DNA from: an uncultured Flavobacteriaceae bacterium | GTDB lineage: Bacteria > Bacteroidota > Bacteroidia > Flavobacteriales > Flavobacteriaceae | Length of the DNA stretch: 64,000 bases | Direction of reading: 5' to 3' | NCBI GenBank assembly: GCA_943842625.1 | Contig: CALTCK010000014.1 | Coordinates: 32,449 to 96,448, forward strand | Shown here: piece by piece, positions 31,658 to 41,072 of the stretch | How positions within the stretch are numbered: the first letter of the stretch is position 1 | How the letters are laid out: every line of letters begins with the position of its first letter | Program-made: the position numbers and the translations under genes | The notes under the pieces: model-generated | What the model was told of the DNA's origin: nothing | Databases searched by the model: none | Seen by the model: the letters and a program-made list of their open reading frames with translations, nothing else

Positions 31658-33056
31658 TAATTATATTTAAACCCATCTGTAAAGATACACTTTTTGCTTT
31701 GGCAAAGTTACTATACCATTGTAGGTTATTGGCAACAATATAAAAATTTATCATTTTAATATCAGCCACCAATCCTAAACCAATATTATTGTAAGAATAG
31801 GAATCTACGGTGTAAGTAGTTTTAAATGTTAGATAATCTGATAGTTTTCGGTAATAAAATAATGTAGCTGCAAATTGGGGACCTTTGGGTCTAAACATAT
31901 TGAAAAATTGTACTCCGGCAGATTGGTTGTATTTTTGATTCTCTCCCGTGTTCAAACAATCACAACCTTCATCGCTGCCAACAGGTCTTCCAAAATTATA
32001 TTTCAATGAGGAATAGATCTTTAAAGGCCTCATCTGTGAGTACGAATTATAAACGGTATCCACTGTAAATGCATCTTCAATTTCGTCGATTAAATCGTCG
32101 TAATAAGGTGGCGCTGTGTCAGTAGAAACAAGAGGTGGAAATAACAACTCTATCCCGTCTAGTGTGTATTCTCCATTAACAGTATAACTCTCGATATCTT
32201 TGGTATGAAAGATAGCTCCTAAATCAACAAAACTTGCGCTTGCAGTCAATTTTTCATTAATTTCATAGGTGGCTCCTAGGTCGATGCCTAAACCTAAATT
32301 CCCACTTAAAAATGCTCTATTTAAAATTTTATTTGTTGCTTGTGAGGGATCTTCTAAATCGCTTAATGAAGCTATCCCAGATGTATTTATGCTCAAATTA
32401 GCATTAACAACATGCTCATATATATTATTCCCAGATTCACTAATTCTTGTTTCAAAAGTTCCTGAATTATCAGTACTACTAAAACTTAGCAAACTTGAAT
32501 AAATTTTTGCTCTCGCACCTATGGTTAATTTTTTATTCCATCTTTTAGTAGCCCCTAAATGATAAACCATTAAAAGGTCACCTCTAGTATTTACTTCGCC
32601 TAGATCAAATTTCTTGCCGATATAATTTGCGTTGCCTTCCCAAGCCAATACAGCAAGGTCCTTAGGGAAATAAAATATAAAATCAAATTCTTGATATACC
32701 CCTCCTGAAAAGTAAAATTCTTGTTTATTTTTCCAACCAAAATTTAAAATCTCTAATTGTTGGCTTGCTGTAAAAAAATCTCGGCCGTCCAATTCGGATA
32801 TCTTTTTTCTAATACGGGTATTGATATCGACACTTGTGTTTTGAAATATATCGTAAGCAGAAATACCTGATGAACCGCCATTAAAATGAAGATGAGATAT
32901 TAATGGAATTCCAAAATGATACTTATTAGAGATTCTAGTCCCGGGATTCAGCAATAATGCTTGGGGAGTTTCATCTAACCCATAAAGAACCTCCTTATTT
33001 TGTGAAAAAAGTGAGAATCCCCAGAAGAAAAAGATACAATAGAGAAGGTATTTCAT
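31641..33056 (-). CDS. outer-membrane beta-barrel protein (DUF5723-like)
   Basis: Signal peptide, LLLNPG N-terminal motif, NLGLGIDLGATY and SASFVDLGAI amphipathic strands, C-terminal QMGLNII. Confidence 0.75.
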   Translation of the reverse strand: MKYLLYCIFFFWGFSLFSQNKEVLYGLDETPQALLLNPGTRISNKYHFGIPLISHLHFNGGSSGISAYDIFQNTSVDINTRIRKKISELDGRDFFTASQQLEILNFGWKNKQEFYFSGGVYQEFDFIFYFPKDLAVLAWEGNANYIGKKFDLGEVNTRGDLLMVYHLGATKRWNKKLTIGARAKIYSSLLSFSSTDNSGTFETRISESGNNIYEHVVNANLSINTSGIASLSDLEDPSQATNKILNRAFLSGNLGLGIDLGATYEINEKLTASASFVDLGAIFHTKDIESYTVNGEYTLDGIELLFPPLVSTDTAPPYYDDLIDEIEDAFTVDTVYNSYSQMRPLKIYSSLKYNFGRPVGSDEGCDCLNTGENQKYNQSAGVQFFNMFRPKGPQFAATLFYYRKLSDYLTFKTTYTVDSYSYNNIGLGLVADIKMINFYIVANNLQWYSNFAKAKSVSLQMGLNIIIDENK

Positions 33057-33598
33057 TGTTCTAATCTTAGGTAGTATGTAGCTTTTGATTGTAAATCAAG
33101 ATTACCATCAATATTATTAAGGGATGTATTTGCAATTGTATTTACCACCACTTTAGTAGCCATCATAAAGTCAATAAGATCATTATTTTCAATAATCTCA
33201 GTAAACTCAGTGATAACAAGGTTATTAACATTCCCGTCCTGAATAGGTATAGTTAGTTCGTATTTAATTTCGTTATTGTCATTCAAAAATTGATATTGAG
33301 ACTCCAAAGAGACCGGAAAACTATTGGTGTTTCTAAAATAGAAATCTACTCTAATAATATTTTCTGAAGCTGCTTCGGAACCTAAAAAATCTAAATTAGT
33401 GGTATCTGATATAATTGTATTGTTGACACCTAAATCTGTAAAATTTTGTGAATTAATATCAAAAAAAATAAAATCAAGTTCTAAAACTGTTTCTAATACG
33501 ATATCGTCTGTTTGATCAAAGTCGGTATCTTTTACACAAGCACTAAAGAAAAATATAATAACAGCAATTAAGAATAGTAGATGTAAATTATTTTTCAT
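33053..33598 (-). CDS. hypothetical surface lipoprotein
   Basis: Lipobox FSAC followed by VKDTDFD; overlaps the barrel gene start by 4 nt. Confidence 0.8.
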   Translation of the reverse strand: MKNNLHLLFLIAVIIFFFSACVKDTDFDQTDDIVLETVLELDFIFFDINSQNFTDLGVNNTIISDTTNLDFLGSEAASENIIRVDFYFRNTNSFPVSLESQYQFLNDNNEIKYELTIPIQDGNVNNLVITEFTEIIENNDLIDFMMATKVVVNTIANTSLNNIDGNLDLQSKATYYLRLEQ

Positions 33599-33640
33599 AG
33601 CTAGGTTTTATTTTTTATAACGTTATTAAAAACCCTATTA

Positions 33641-34333
33641 TTACAAATAGTTCTTTATTTCTATAAGTGAATCTATTGATTTGATTTTTTTTGAAATACT
33701 TTCATTCCTATAATTATAAAAAATGGTTTGCATTCCAATATTATTTGCCCCTAGAATGTCTGCTTCAAGTGAGTCTCCAATCATGACACTTTGATTAGGT
33801 AAGGAATTAGCCTTGTTTAGTGCAGTCAAAAATACTTTTGGATTTGGTTTTTTTACACCCACTTCTTCCGAGGTGGTAACCGTTGAAAAATAATGGTCAA
33901 TTCCACTATTCTTTAATTTTTTTTGTTGAACCTCCTCAAACCCGTTGGTTATAATATGAAGCTTATATTTTAAAATTAAATAATCTAAAATTTCTACGGC
34001 GCCTTCAAAAAGATGGTTATCAAAAGGGAGTTCTTGAATATACGCATCTGCAATTTCATCAATTTTTTTAGTCGTATAAATTAAATCAAAAAAATTAAAT
34101 GAATCTATAAGTCTTCCTCTTCTAAGGTTCTCCTTACTTACTTTATCTTCTCGATATTTCTTCCAATATTCTACATTTATTGGTTCATAGATTTTTAAAA
34201 AAGTATCCAATTCAATAGTTATTTTAAATTTTTTAAAAACTCTTTTAAAAGCAAGCATTGAGTTTTTATCAAAGTCCCACAAGGTGTGATCCAAATCAAA
34301 AAATACGTCTTTCACCATTATTTTTTTATTCAT
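33641..34333 (-). CDS. YjjG family noncanonical pyrimidine nucleotidase (HAD)
   Basis: FDLDHTLWDF, ITNGF, KKPNP, MIGDSLEADILGA. Confidence 0.93.
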   Translation of the reverse strand: MNKKIMVKDVFFDLDHTLWDFDKNSMLAFKRVFKKFKITIELDTFLKIYEPINVEYWKKYREDKVSKENLRRGRLIDSFNFFDLIYTTKKIDEIADAYIQELPFDNHLFEGAVEILDYLILKYKLHIITNGFEEVQQKKLKNSGIDHYFSTVTTSEEVGVKKPNPKVFLTALNKANSLPNQSVMIGDSLEADILGANNIGMQTIFYNYRNESISKKIKSIDSLIEIKNYL

Positions 34334-35624
34334 TTAATTGGAGTTTATTGAGATCCGAAAACAACTTCTTCCAAACCATATTTCGTTTTGAATTAATAAA
34401 ATTATAATTATAAAAGATCATCGAAAAAGTACCATTTACTTCTAATACCGAAGTTTTAATTTTTTCAACAAAATCTCTTTTTTTAGAAGTAGAAATATTT
34501 TCAAAAGCTTTGGTTGTCATTGCTATTGGATGTATTAATAGCGGAGATACAATTTCGTAATCTAAATCATAAAATAAAAAAGGAGTACAAGTACTTGCTC
34601 GAAAACCTAAAGTTGTTTCATAAACCATTGTGAAATCTTTTTTTACTTCCAATTCAATTAAACTTCGATAATTATGAGGCAAACTCACTAAATATTTATC
34701 ATTTATAGAGCTCACTAAAATTCTATTGGTTATGGCTTCTATTTTTTCTTTTTCTTGATTTTGAACGGTTAAACTTTGTAATGCATCTAAGGAAAAGAGT
34801 AGTCCTATCTCTTTGTAGTCAGCAATATTTTTAATCAGTAATTTTAACGCTGCCTTTTGGGAATTTAAACCTTCTTGATAATTTTTAGAATCACCTAATA
34901 AAAAAAAGACCGTTAGCATATTCTTACTTTTCTTGACGTTATTAATAATCCAACTAAATGTATTGTATGGATCTTTTCTAAAACCAAATAGTACGCTCGT
35001 TCTATTAAAAATGTTTTTTAAGTTGAGCTTTATTATATCATTAAGATACGCTAAACAGGTCCTCAATAATCCTTTACTACTGTAAAAGAGAGGAAAACCT
35101 GCATTTACTAGTGTATGAATTTTCGGGTTTTTATCTATGAATATAAGTTCTGGAAAGAATTGTAATACTAATTCTTTGAATTTATATGCCCAAATATCTA
35201 CAACTGGTAATTCTAAAAATCCTGATTTAAATGCAATACTCTCCGAGGCTAAAAAACGACCATTATGGTCTTTTACATGTGGTAAATATTCTTCATATCT
35301 TGATAAAAGGTAAAAACTGGCAGAAAATATATCAAAAGGAAGTGCGCTATTTTTTCCCACTGCAAAAAAACATTTTGTTTCCTCCCAGTCTTTAACTACA
35401 ATATCTATACTATCAAATCCTTCTTGAAATAATAACTCTGCACTTTGAAAAAATAATTCATTCCCTAGTTCTTTTTTTCCATATGATATCTTGGGTCCAG
35501 AATAAGCTATAAATTCCTCGATACTTGAAGTAAAGTTAATTTTTAAACCTAAAATTCGTTTACAAATATGGTTAAAAATATAAGTAATTCGTTGAGTAGG
35601 TTTTGGAGTATATATTAATAGCAT
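34326..35624 (-). CDS. polysaccharide deacetylase-like protein (DUF7033-type), apparently degenerate active site
   Basis: Likely start MLLIYTPK at 35624; DIFSASFYLLSRYEEYLP, PVVDIW, GFRASTCTPFLFYDL. Confidence 0.7.
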   Translation of the reverse strand: MLLIYTPKPTQRITYIFNHICKRILGLKINFTSSIEEFIAYSGPKISYGKKELGNELFFQSAELLFQEGFDSIDIVVKDWEETKCFFAVGKNSALPFDIFSASFYLLSRYEEYLPHVKDHNGRFLASESIAFKSGFLELPVVDIWAYKFKELVLQFFPELIFIDKNPKIHTLVNAGFPLFYSSKGLLRTCLAYLNDIIKLNLKNIFNRTSVLFGFRKDPYNTFSWIINNVKKSKNMLTVFFLLGDSKNYQEGLNSQKAALKLLIKNIADYKEIGLLFSLDALQSLTVQNQEKEKIEAITNRILVSSINDKYLVSLPHNYRSLIELEVKKDFTMVYETTLGFRASTCTPFLFYDLDYEIVSPLLIHPIAMTTKAFENISTSKKRDFVEKIKTSVLEVNGTFSMIFYNYNFINSKRNMVWKKLFSDLNKLQLNE

Positions 35625-35631
35625 AGGGGTT

Positions 35632-36330
35632 CTAAAGTAGGCTTTTATCAGCAAAGCTAAAATACGAATTTTCAGTTATTATTAAATGATCTACTACTTT
35701 TATATCTAGAAGCTCAGCAGCTTCTTTTATTTTTTTTGTGATATTTTTATCAGCAATACTAGGTACTAAAGATCCGGAGGGGTGGTTGTGAGTTAATACT
35801 AAACCAACTGCTCCTAACTGCAAGGCAGACTTCAAAATTAATCGAAGGTCTACGGAGGTACTTGTAATGCCTCCTTTGCTTAAAAAATATTTTTTTAAAA
35901 CTTTATTAGAACTATTTAGGTAAATGACCCAAAATTCTTCATGAAATAACTCGCCAATGATTGGTTGCATTAATTCAAAAACAGAACGACTTGAATGAAT
36001 TGTTTTTTTAACCAAAGCTCTTTCACTCCTTCTTCGTCTACCCAATTCAAGTGCAGCCAAAATAGTAATCGCTTTTGCTTCTCCAATACCTTTAAATTTC
36101 ATTATTTTTTTTACGGTAAGTTTCCCTAATTCATGCAAACTAAAATCTACAGATGCCAGTATTCGTTTGCTTAAATCAACTGCACTTTCATCTTTATTAC
36201 CAGAACCAATTAAAATGGCAACTAACTCTGTCTTGCTCAGTGAACTTATCCCTTTTACCAATAATTTTTCTCTTGGCCGATCCTCTATACTCCAGGACTT
36301 TATTGAAAAAAATGAATTTCCTTTTTTCAA
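35632..36330 (-). CDS. radC: RadC/JAB domain protein
   Basis: DRPREKL, KGIGEAKA helix-hairpin-helix, HNHPSG...D...DHLII. Confidence 0.95.
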   Translation of the reverse strand: MKKGNSFFSIKSWSIEDRPREKLLVKGISSLSKTELVAILIGSGNKDESAVDLSKRILASVDFSLHELGKLTVKKIMKFKGIGEAKAITILAALELGRRRRSERALVKKTIHSSRSVFELMQPIIGELFHEEFWVIYLNSSNKVLKKYFLSKGGITSTSVDLRLILKSALQLGAVGLVLTHNHPSGSLVPSIADKNITKKIKEAAELLDIKVVDHLIITENSYFSFADKSLL

Positions 36331-36471
36331 AATATTAGATTTTTATTGTTGAGGAGTGTTTAAAGATAAGGAGGCTCGTTAAATATTTATGTGTAACCAA
36401 GTTATTTTTTATTAAAAAGAGAAAAGTTTTTATCAAAACAAAATATCTTTGAAAGAAGGAAAAAAAGTCAT

Positions 36472-36500
36472 AATTAGCTAAAAAACTGAGAAAATTAGCT
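36472..36500. repeat. AATTAGCT direct repeat pair, 21-bp period
   Basis: Copies at 36472-36479 and 36493-36500 in the divergent radC/fabH spacer. Confidence 0.6.
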
Positions 36501-36701
36501 CATGAAATCGAAAAAAAAAAACAAAACGGAACCTTTTAATTTACGAATAAAACATTTTTAGCAGGTATCTTTTAGTAAAAATTTATCAAATCTGTTTTTT
36601 ACATGTTTTTTTTTTAAATTATCGTAATAATCATCAATTATTTCGTTTTAATAGTGATCAACCTAAAAAAAAAGTACACTTTTATAGGCTAATTTTGTAC
36701 T

Positions 36702-37673
36702 ATGGTAAACGCTTACATACGAGGAACAGGTTCTTATGCGCCTAAAAATATTGTTAAAAATGATTTTTTTGAACGTGTAGGATCTTCAGATCAATGGATC
36801 TATGAAAATTTAGGTATCAAAGAACGTCGAATTTCAACTGGAGAAACCACAAGTGATTTAGCTTATCAAGCAGGTCTGTCAGCAATTCAAAATGCGAAGC
36901 TAGCCCCCGACGAAATTGATTTAATTATCTTAGCAACTGCAACTGCAGACCGACTAGCCCCTTCTTGCGCTTGTTTTGTTCAAGAAAAACTGAAAGCAAA
37001 AAATGCAGTGGCTTTTGATATCTCTGCAGTCTGCTCTGGAGCATTATTTGCAACTTCTACAGGAGTACAATACATTAAATCTGGAATGTATAAAAATGTT
37101 CTGATTATTGGAGCAGACACTTTTTCAACCATAACAGATTGGTCTAGGAGAGATGCTGTTTTTTTTGGAGATGGTGCTGGTGCAATTGTACTCTCTAGCA
37201 CTACCAAGAATAAAGGGTTTATTGATTTTATATTACATACAGACGGAACAGGGAAAGAGCATTTTACCGTTCCTGCTGGAGGGTCGGAGCAACCTGCTTC
37301 AAAAGAAACTATTGATAATGGTCATCATTTCTTTCAAATGAATGGTCCTGAAGTTTATAAAACAGCTATTGAGGTGGTTCCTAAATGTATTTCTGATATT
37401 CTTTCGAAAAATAAAAGACATATAGATGAGGTTAAGTTTTTATTACCACATCAACCAAGTATAAAAATACTTCAAGAAGTTGCAAGAAGAGTTGACATAC
37501 CTTTTGAAAAAGTAAAAACTAATATGGATCGATACGCTAATACATCCGGAGGCACCATCCCAATAATACTGGATGAGACTCTAAGAAAAAATGAGCTAGA
37601 AAAGGGAGATTTACTATTATTTGCAGCTGTAGGAGCTGGCTGGACTTGGGGAACTGCTTTGTACAAGTGGTAA
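36702..37673 (+). CDS. fabH: 3-oxoacyl-ACP synthase III family protein (accessory FabH-like)
   Basis: GIKERR, AVCSG (Cys), FGDGAGA, HQPS (His), YANTSGG (Asn), VGAGWTWG. Confidence 0.9.
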   Translation: MVNAYIRGTGSYAPKNIVKNDFFERVGSSDQWIYENLGIKERRISTGETTSDLAYQAGLSAIQNAKLAPDEIDLIILATATADRLAPSCACFVQEKLKAKNAVAFDISAVCSGALFATSTGVQYIKSGMYKNVLIIGADTFSTITDWSRRDAVFFGDGAGAIVLSSTTKNKGFIDFILHTDGTGKEHFTVPAGGSEQPASKETIDNGHHFFQMNGPEVYKTAIEVVPKCISDILSKNKRHIDEVKFLLPHQPSIKILQEVARRVDIPFEKVKTNMDRYANTSGGTIPIILDETLRKNELEKGDLLLFAAVGAGWTWGTALYKW

Positions 37674-37699
37674 TCTATCATTAACTAAACTAAAATATT

Positions 37700-38521
37700 A
37701 TGCTTACAAACACTACTTTTTTAATTACTGGAATAGCAGATAAACAATCTCTTGCTATGTATGTTGCTAAGGAAATTATTAAGCAAGGAGGCTCAGTTAT
37801 TTGTACGGGCTTAGGACTTAGTTCACATCACAGCAATTTATCTGAAAAAGCTAAAGGGTTTCTGACAAAAAATTTTGAGGATTTTAAGAAATCAGTATTT
37901 GATGAATTAGGAGATGTATCGTTAGAAATACTGGACGTTACCTTAGAAGAAAATATGGATTCTTTTGCGCGTAATCTTTCTAAAAAAAATATACAATTAA
38001 ATGGTTTTTTACATGCTATAGCGATGGATAAAACCATTAGAAACAAAAAGGTAAAACCTTTATTAGAAGTCACAAAAGAAGAATTTTGTGATACGATGGA
38101 TGTATCTGCCTATTCACTGATTAGATTGTCTCATTACCTACTTAAGTACAATGTTCTTCAAACAGGCGCATCCATATGCTCGCTTAGTTATATCGCAGCA
38201 GCTAAAGTAACCTTTCATCCTTACCGAAACATTAGCATTGCCAAAGCTGCACTGGAAAGAATTACGATAGAATTAGCTGATGAACTCGGTAGATCCGATA
38301 ATATACGTGTGAATGCGCTAAGGTTTTCGCCGTATATGGGAAGTAAGGCTGGAAATGCAACGTTAAATGAAGAAGATGTTCAAATTTCAGACAAAATGAG
38401 CCCTCTGAGAAATGCAAAACCCCAAGATCTTGCTTTTGAAGTGGTTCATTTATTTAGACCTGACCTTAGAATCACTGGAGAAATTAGACATGTGGACGGG
38501 GGTTATCACATTACCGGCTAA
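37700..38521 (+). CDS. divergent FabI-like enoyl-ACP reductase (SDR)
   Basis: ITGIADKQSLA, MDVSAYSL, SLSY, Y-x6-K (YRNISIAKAALE), GEIRHVDGGYH. Confidence 0.8.
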   Translation: MLTNTTFLITGIADKQSLAMYVAKEIIKQGGSVICTGLGLSSHHSNLSEKAKGFLTKNFEDFKKSVFDELGDVSLEILDVTLEENMDSFARNLSKKNIQLNGFLHAIAMDKTIRNKKVKPLLEVTKEEFCDTMDVSAYSLIRLSHYLLKYNVLQTGASICSLSYIAAAKVTFHPYRNISIAKAALERITIELADELGRSDNIRVNALRFSPYMGSKAGNATLNEEDVQISDKMSPLRNAKPQDLAFEVVHLFRPDLRITGEIRHVDGGYHITG

Positions 38522-38607
38522 ATTTTCAGAAATCTAAGCTTTAATAAAAATCATTTTCCAAAAGGTATTTGATTTATTAAGATAAAAAAAGTGCTCACTA
38601 TTGGTAA

Positions 38608-39962
38608 TTAAAATAATTGCTTTAGTTCATCAAAATTAAGCCCTCCATAATTACCACTACTCATTAATAACAATGATGTATTGTTAAATTTTTGAGAAAA
38701 CAAAAAGTCTTTAAATTCCTCAGGGTTAGTATAAACTAGAAGATCATCGCTCTGAAAAGCATCCATAATTTGTTGCTGACTAATCGCTTGTAATTTTTTA
38801 ATTTCAACAGCACGAGGCGAATAAAATACTACCGCGATATCTGCCGCAGCTAATGCTCCTTTATATTGATTAAGAAATTCAGGATTTAGACTACTATAAG
38901 TATGTAACTCCAAACACGCAATCAAGCTTCCTGTCAGGGTATTGATTTTTTAGAGCATTGGTAGTTGCTAATACTTTTGAAGGAGAGTGTGCAAAATCTT
39001 TATAAGCGATAGCGTTGTCGGTTTCAGCTATTTTCTCCAAACGCTTACTTGCTCCTTGAAATGTCGAAATGGCCTCGTAAAAATCATTTTCGTCAATTCC
39101 TATTTGCTGACAAATCCATTTAGCTCCTGCTAAGTTATTTAGATTGTGTTTCCCAAATATCTCAATGGGCATAGAGCCCTCGTCAGTTTCTAAAATAGTA
39201 ATTCCATTTTCTACTCTGTAATCCGGAGTTTGATAGGGGAATTTTCTAATGGTATTTTCTGAATTTTCAACGACTTTTTTTACCTCAGCATCTTCAATAT
39301 TGTAAGTAATACTTCCTCCTTTAATAATCGAGTCGATAAATATTTTAAATTGTTCTACATAAATATCCCAAGTAGGAAAAACATTAATGTGGTCCCAAGC
39401 TATTCCGCTCAATAAAGCAATATTGGGTTTGTACAAGTGAAATTTTGGACGACTGTCTATAGGTGAACTTAAGATACTCGTCACCTTCCAAGATAATAAA
39501 ATCATTTTCGTCCGTCAATTTAACCATGACATCAAATCCTTCCAACTGAGCACCAACCATATAGTCTGCCTCTTTATCAAAATAATGCAATACATGAAGT
39601 ATCATGGATGTAATAGTCGTCTTTCCATGACTACCTCCAATAACGACTCTTGTTTTAAATTTAGATTGCTCGTATAAAAATTCGGGATAAGAATATATTT
39701 TTAGCCCTAAGTCTTGAGCCTTTAAAAGTTCTTTGTTATCAGCTTTTGCATGCATTCCAACAACAACAGCATCTAGGTTACTAGTTATTTTATCTGGATA
39801 CCAACCAAACGCTTCTGGTAAAATTCCCCTAGCTTCTAATCGTGTTTTTGAAGGATCAAAAATAACATCATCACTACCTGTTACAGTGTCTCCCTTCAAA
39901 TGCAATGCCAAAGCTAAATTATGCATTGCTGCTCCACCAATAGCAATAAAATGTATATTCAT
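38608..39962 (-). pseudogene. mpl: Mpl/MurC-family murein peptide ligase, split over three frames by two +1 frameshifts
   Basis: IHFIAIGGAAMHNLA, GSHGKTTITS, EGDEYL|SSPID, KDFAHSP, RKL|IACLELHT, MSSGNYGG; breaks at about 39471 and 38925. May be a sequencing artefact. Confidence 0.85.
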
Positions 39963-40021
39963 AAGTGAAATTAATAAGTATCCTTAAATACCTTAAAAGG
40001 TAAAAAATATTTTTTTAGTTA

Positions 40022-41032
40022 TCAAAGCTTCGAATTATTTAACATCTCCCAGAGTCTATCTTTTAGTTCTATTAACCCTTTTTGAGCTACCGCAGAGAAA
40101 AACAGATAAGGAATATCTTTAAAATCTTTGTCCAATTCTTGTTTCATTTCTGCTTGTAATTCATCATCTAACATATCGCATTTTGAAATAGCAATTAATC
40201 GATCTTTATCAAGCATTTCAGGATTATAGCGCCGTAATTCATCTAATAAAATATCATATTGCTTCTTTATATCATCTGCATCTGCAGGTATTAAAAACAA
40301 TAAAGTAGAATTTCGCTCAATATGTCTTAAAAAATAATGTCCCAACCCTTTTCCTTCAGCAGCTCCCTCAATGATTCCTGGAATATCTGCCATTACAAAG
40401 GTTTGATGATCTCGATATTCAACAATTCCTAAATTTGGTTTCAGGGTGGTAAACTCGTAATTGGCTATCTTTGGTTTTGCCGCAGTTACAACCGAAAGTA
40501 ATGTTGATTTACCCGCATTCGGAAAACCTACCAAACCAACATCTGCTAACACTTTTAACTCAAGTGTAATATTTACTTCTACCCCATCTAATCCTGGTTG
40601 TGCGTATCTTGGAGTCTGATTGGTTGAACTTTTAAAATGATCATTACCCAAACCTCCTTTTCCTCCAGCTGCAATAATAAATTCTTGTTCTTTTTCAGTG
40701 ATTTCGAGAATAATGTTTTGATTTTCAGAATCTCTAACTACAGTTCCTAATGGAACTTCAATGATTACATCCTCACCATCAGCACCCGTACTTGTTTGTT
40801 TACTTCCAGCACCACCGTGACCTGCTTTGTAATGTCTTTTAAACTTTAAATGATATAAGGTCCAAAGGTTTGGGTTTGCTCTCAAAATAACGTGACCTCC
40901 ACGACCTCCATCACCTCCATCTGGCCCTCCTTTTGGTATGTATTTTTCACGACGTAAATGTGCACTTCCTTGCCCCCCTTTACCAGAGGTTAGGTGCATT
41001 TTTACATAGTCTACAAAATTTCCTTCAGTCAT
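40022..41032 (-). CDS. obgE: GTPase ObgE/CgtA
   Basis: [36 protein letters not shown]. Confidence 0.98.
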   Translation of the reverse strand: MTEGNFVDYVKMHLTSGKGGQGSAHLRREKYIPKGGPDGGDGGRGGHVILRANPNLWTLYHLKFKRHYKAGHGGAGSKQTSTGADGEDVIIEVPLGTVVRDSENQNIILEITEKEQEFIIAAGGKGGLGNDHFKSSTNQTPRYAQPGLDGVEVNITLELKVLADVGLVGFPNAGKSTLLSVVTAAKPKIANYEFTTLKPNLGIVEYRDHQTFVMADIPGIIEGAAEGKGLGHYFLRHIERNSTLLFLIPADADDIKKQYDILLDELRRYNPEMLDKDRLIAISKCDMLDDELQAEMKQELDKDFKDIPYLFFSAVAQKGLIELKDRLWEMLNNSKL

Positions 41033-41072
41033 AATTTAAATCGTGAATTGAGTTAAATAAAATTAATTACCA

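Noticed and set aside
35632-36330. radC as a marker of a mobile or defence island
   Set aside because: It is the full-length chromosomal type, with no integrase, transposase, att-like repeats or defence genes nearby.
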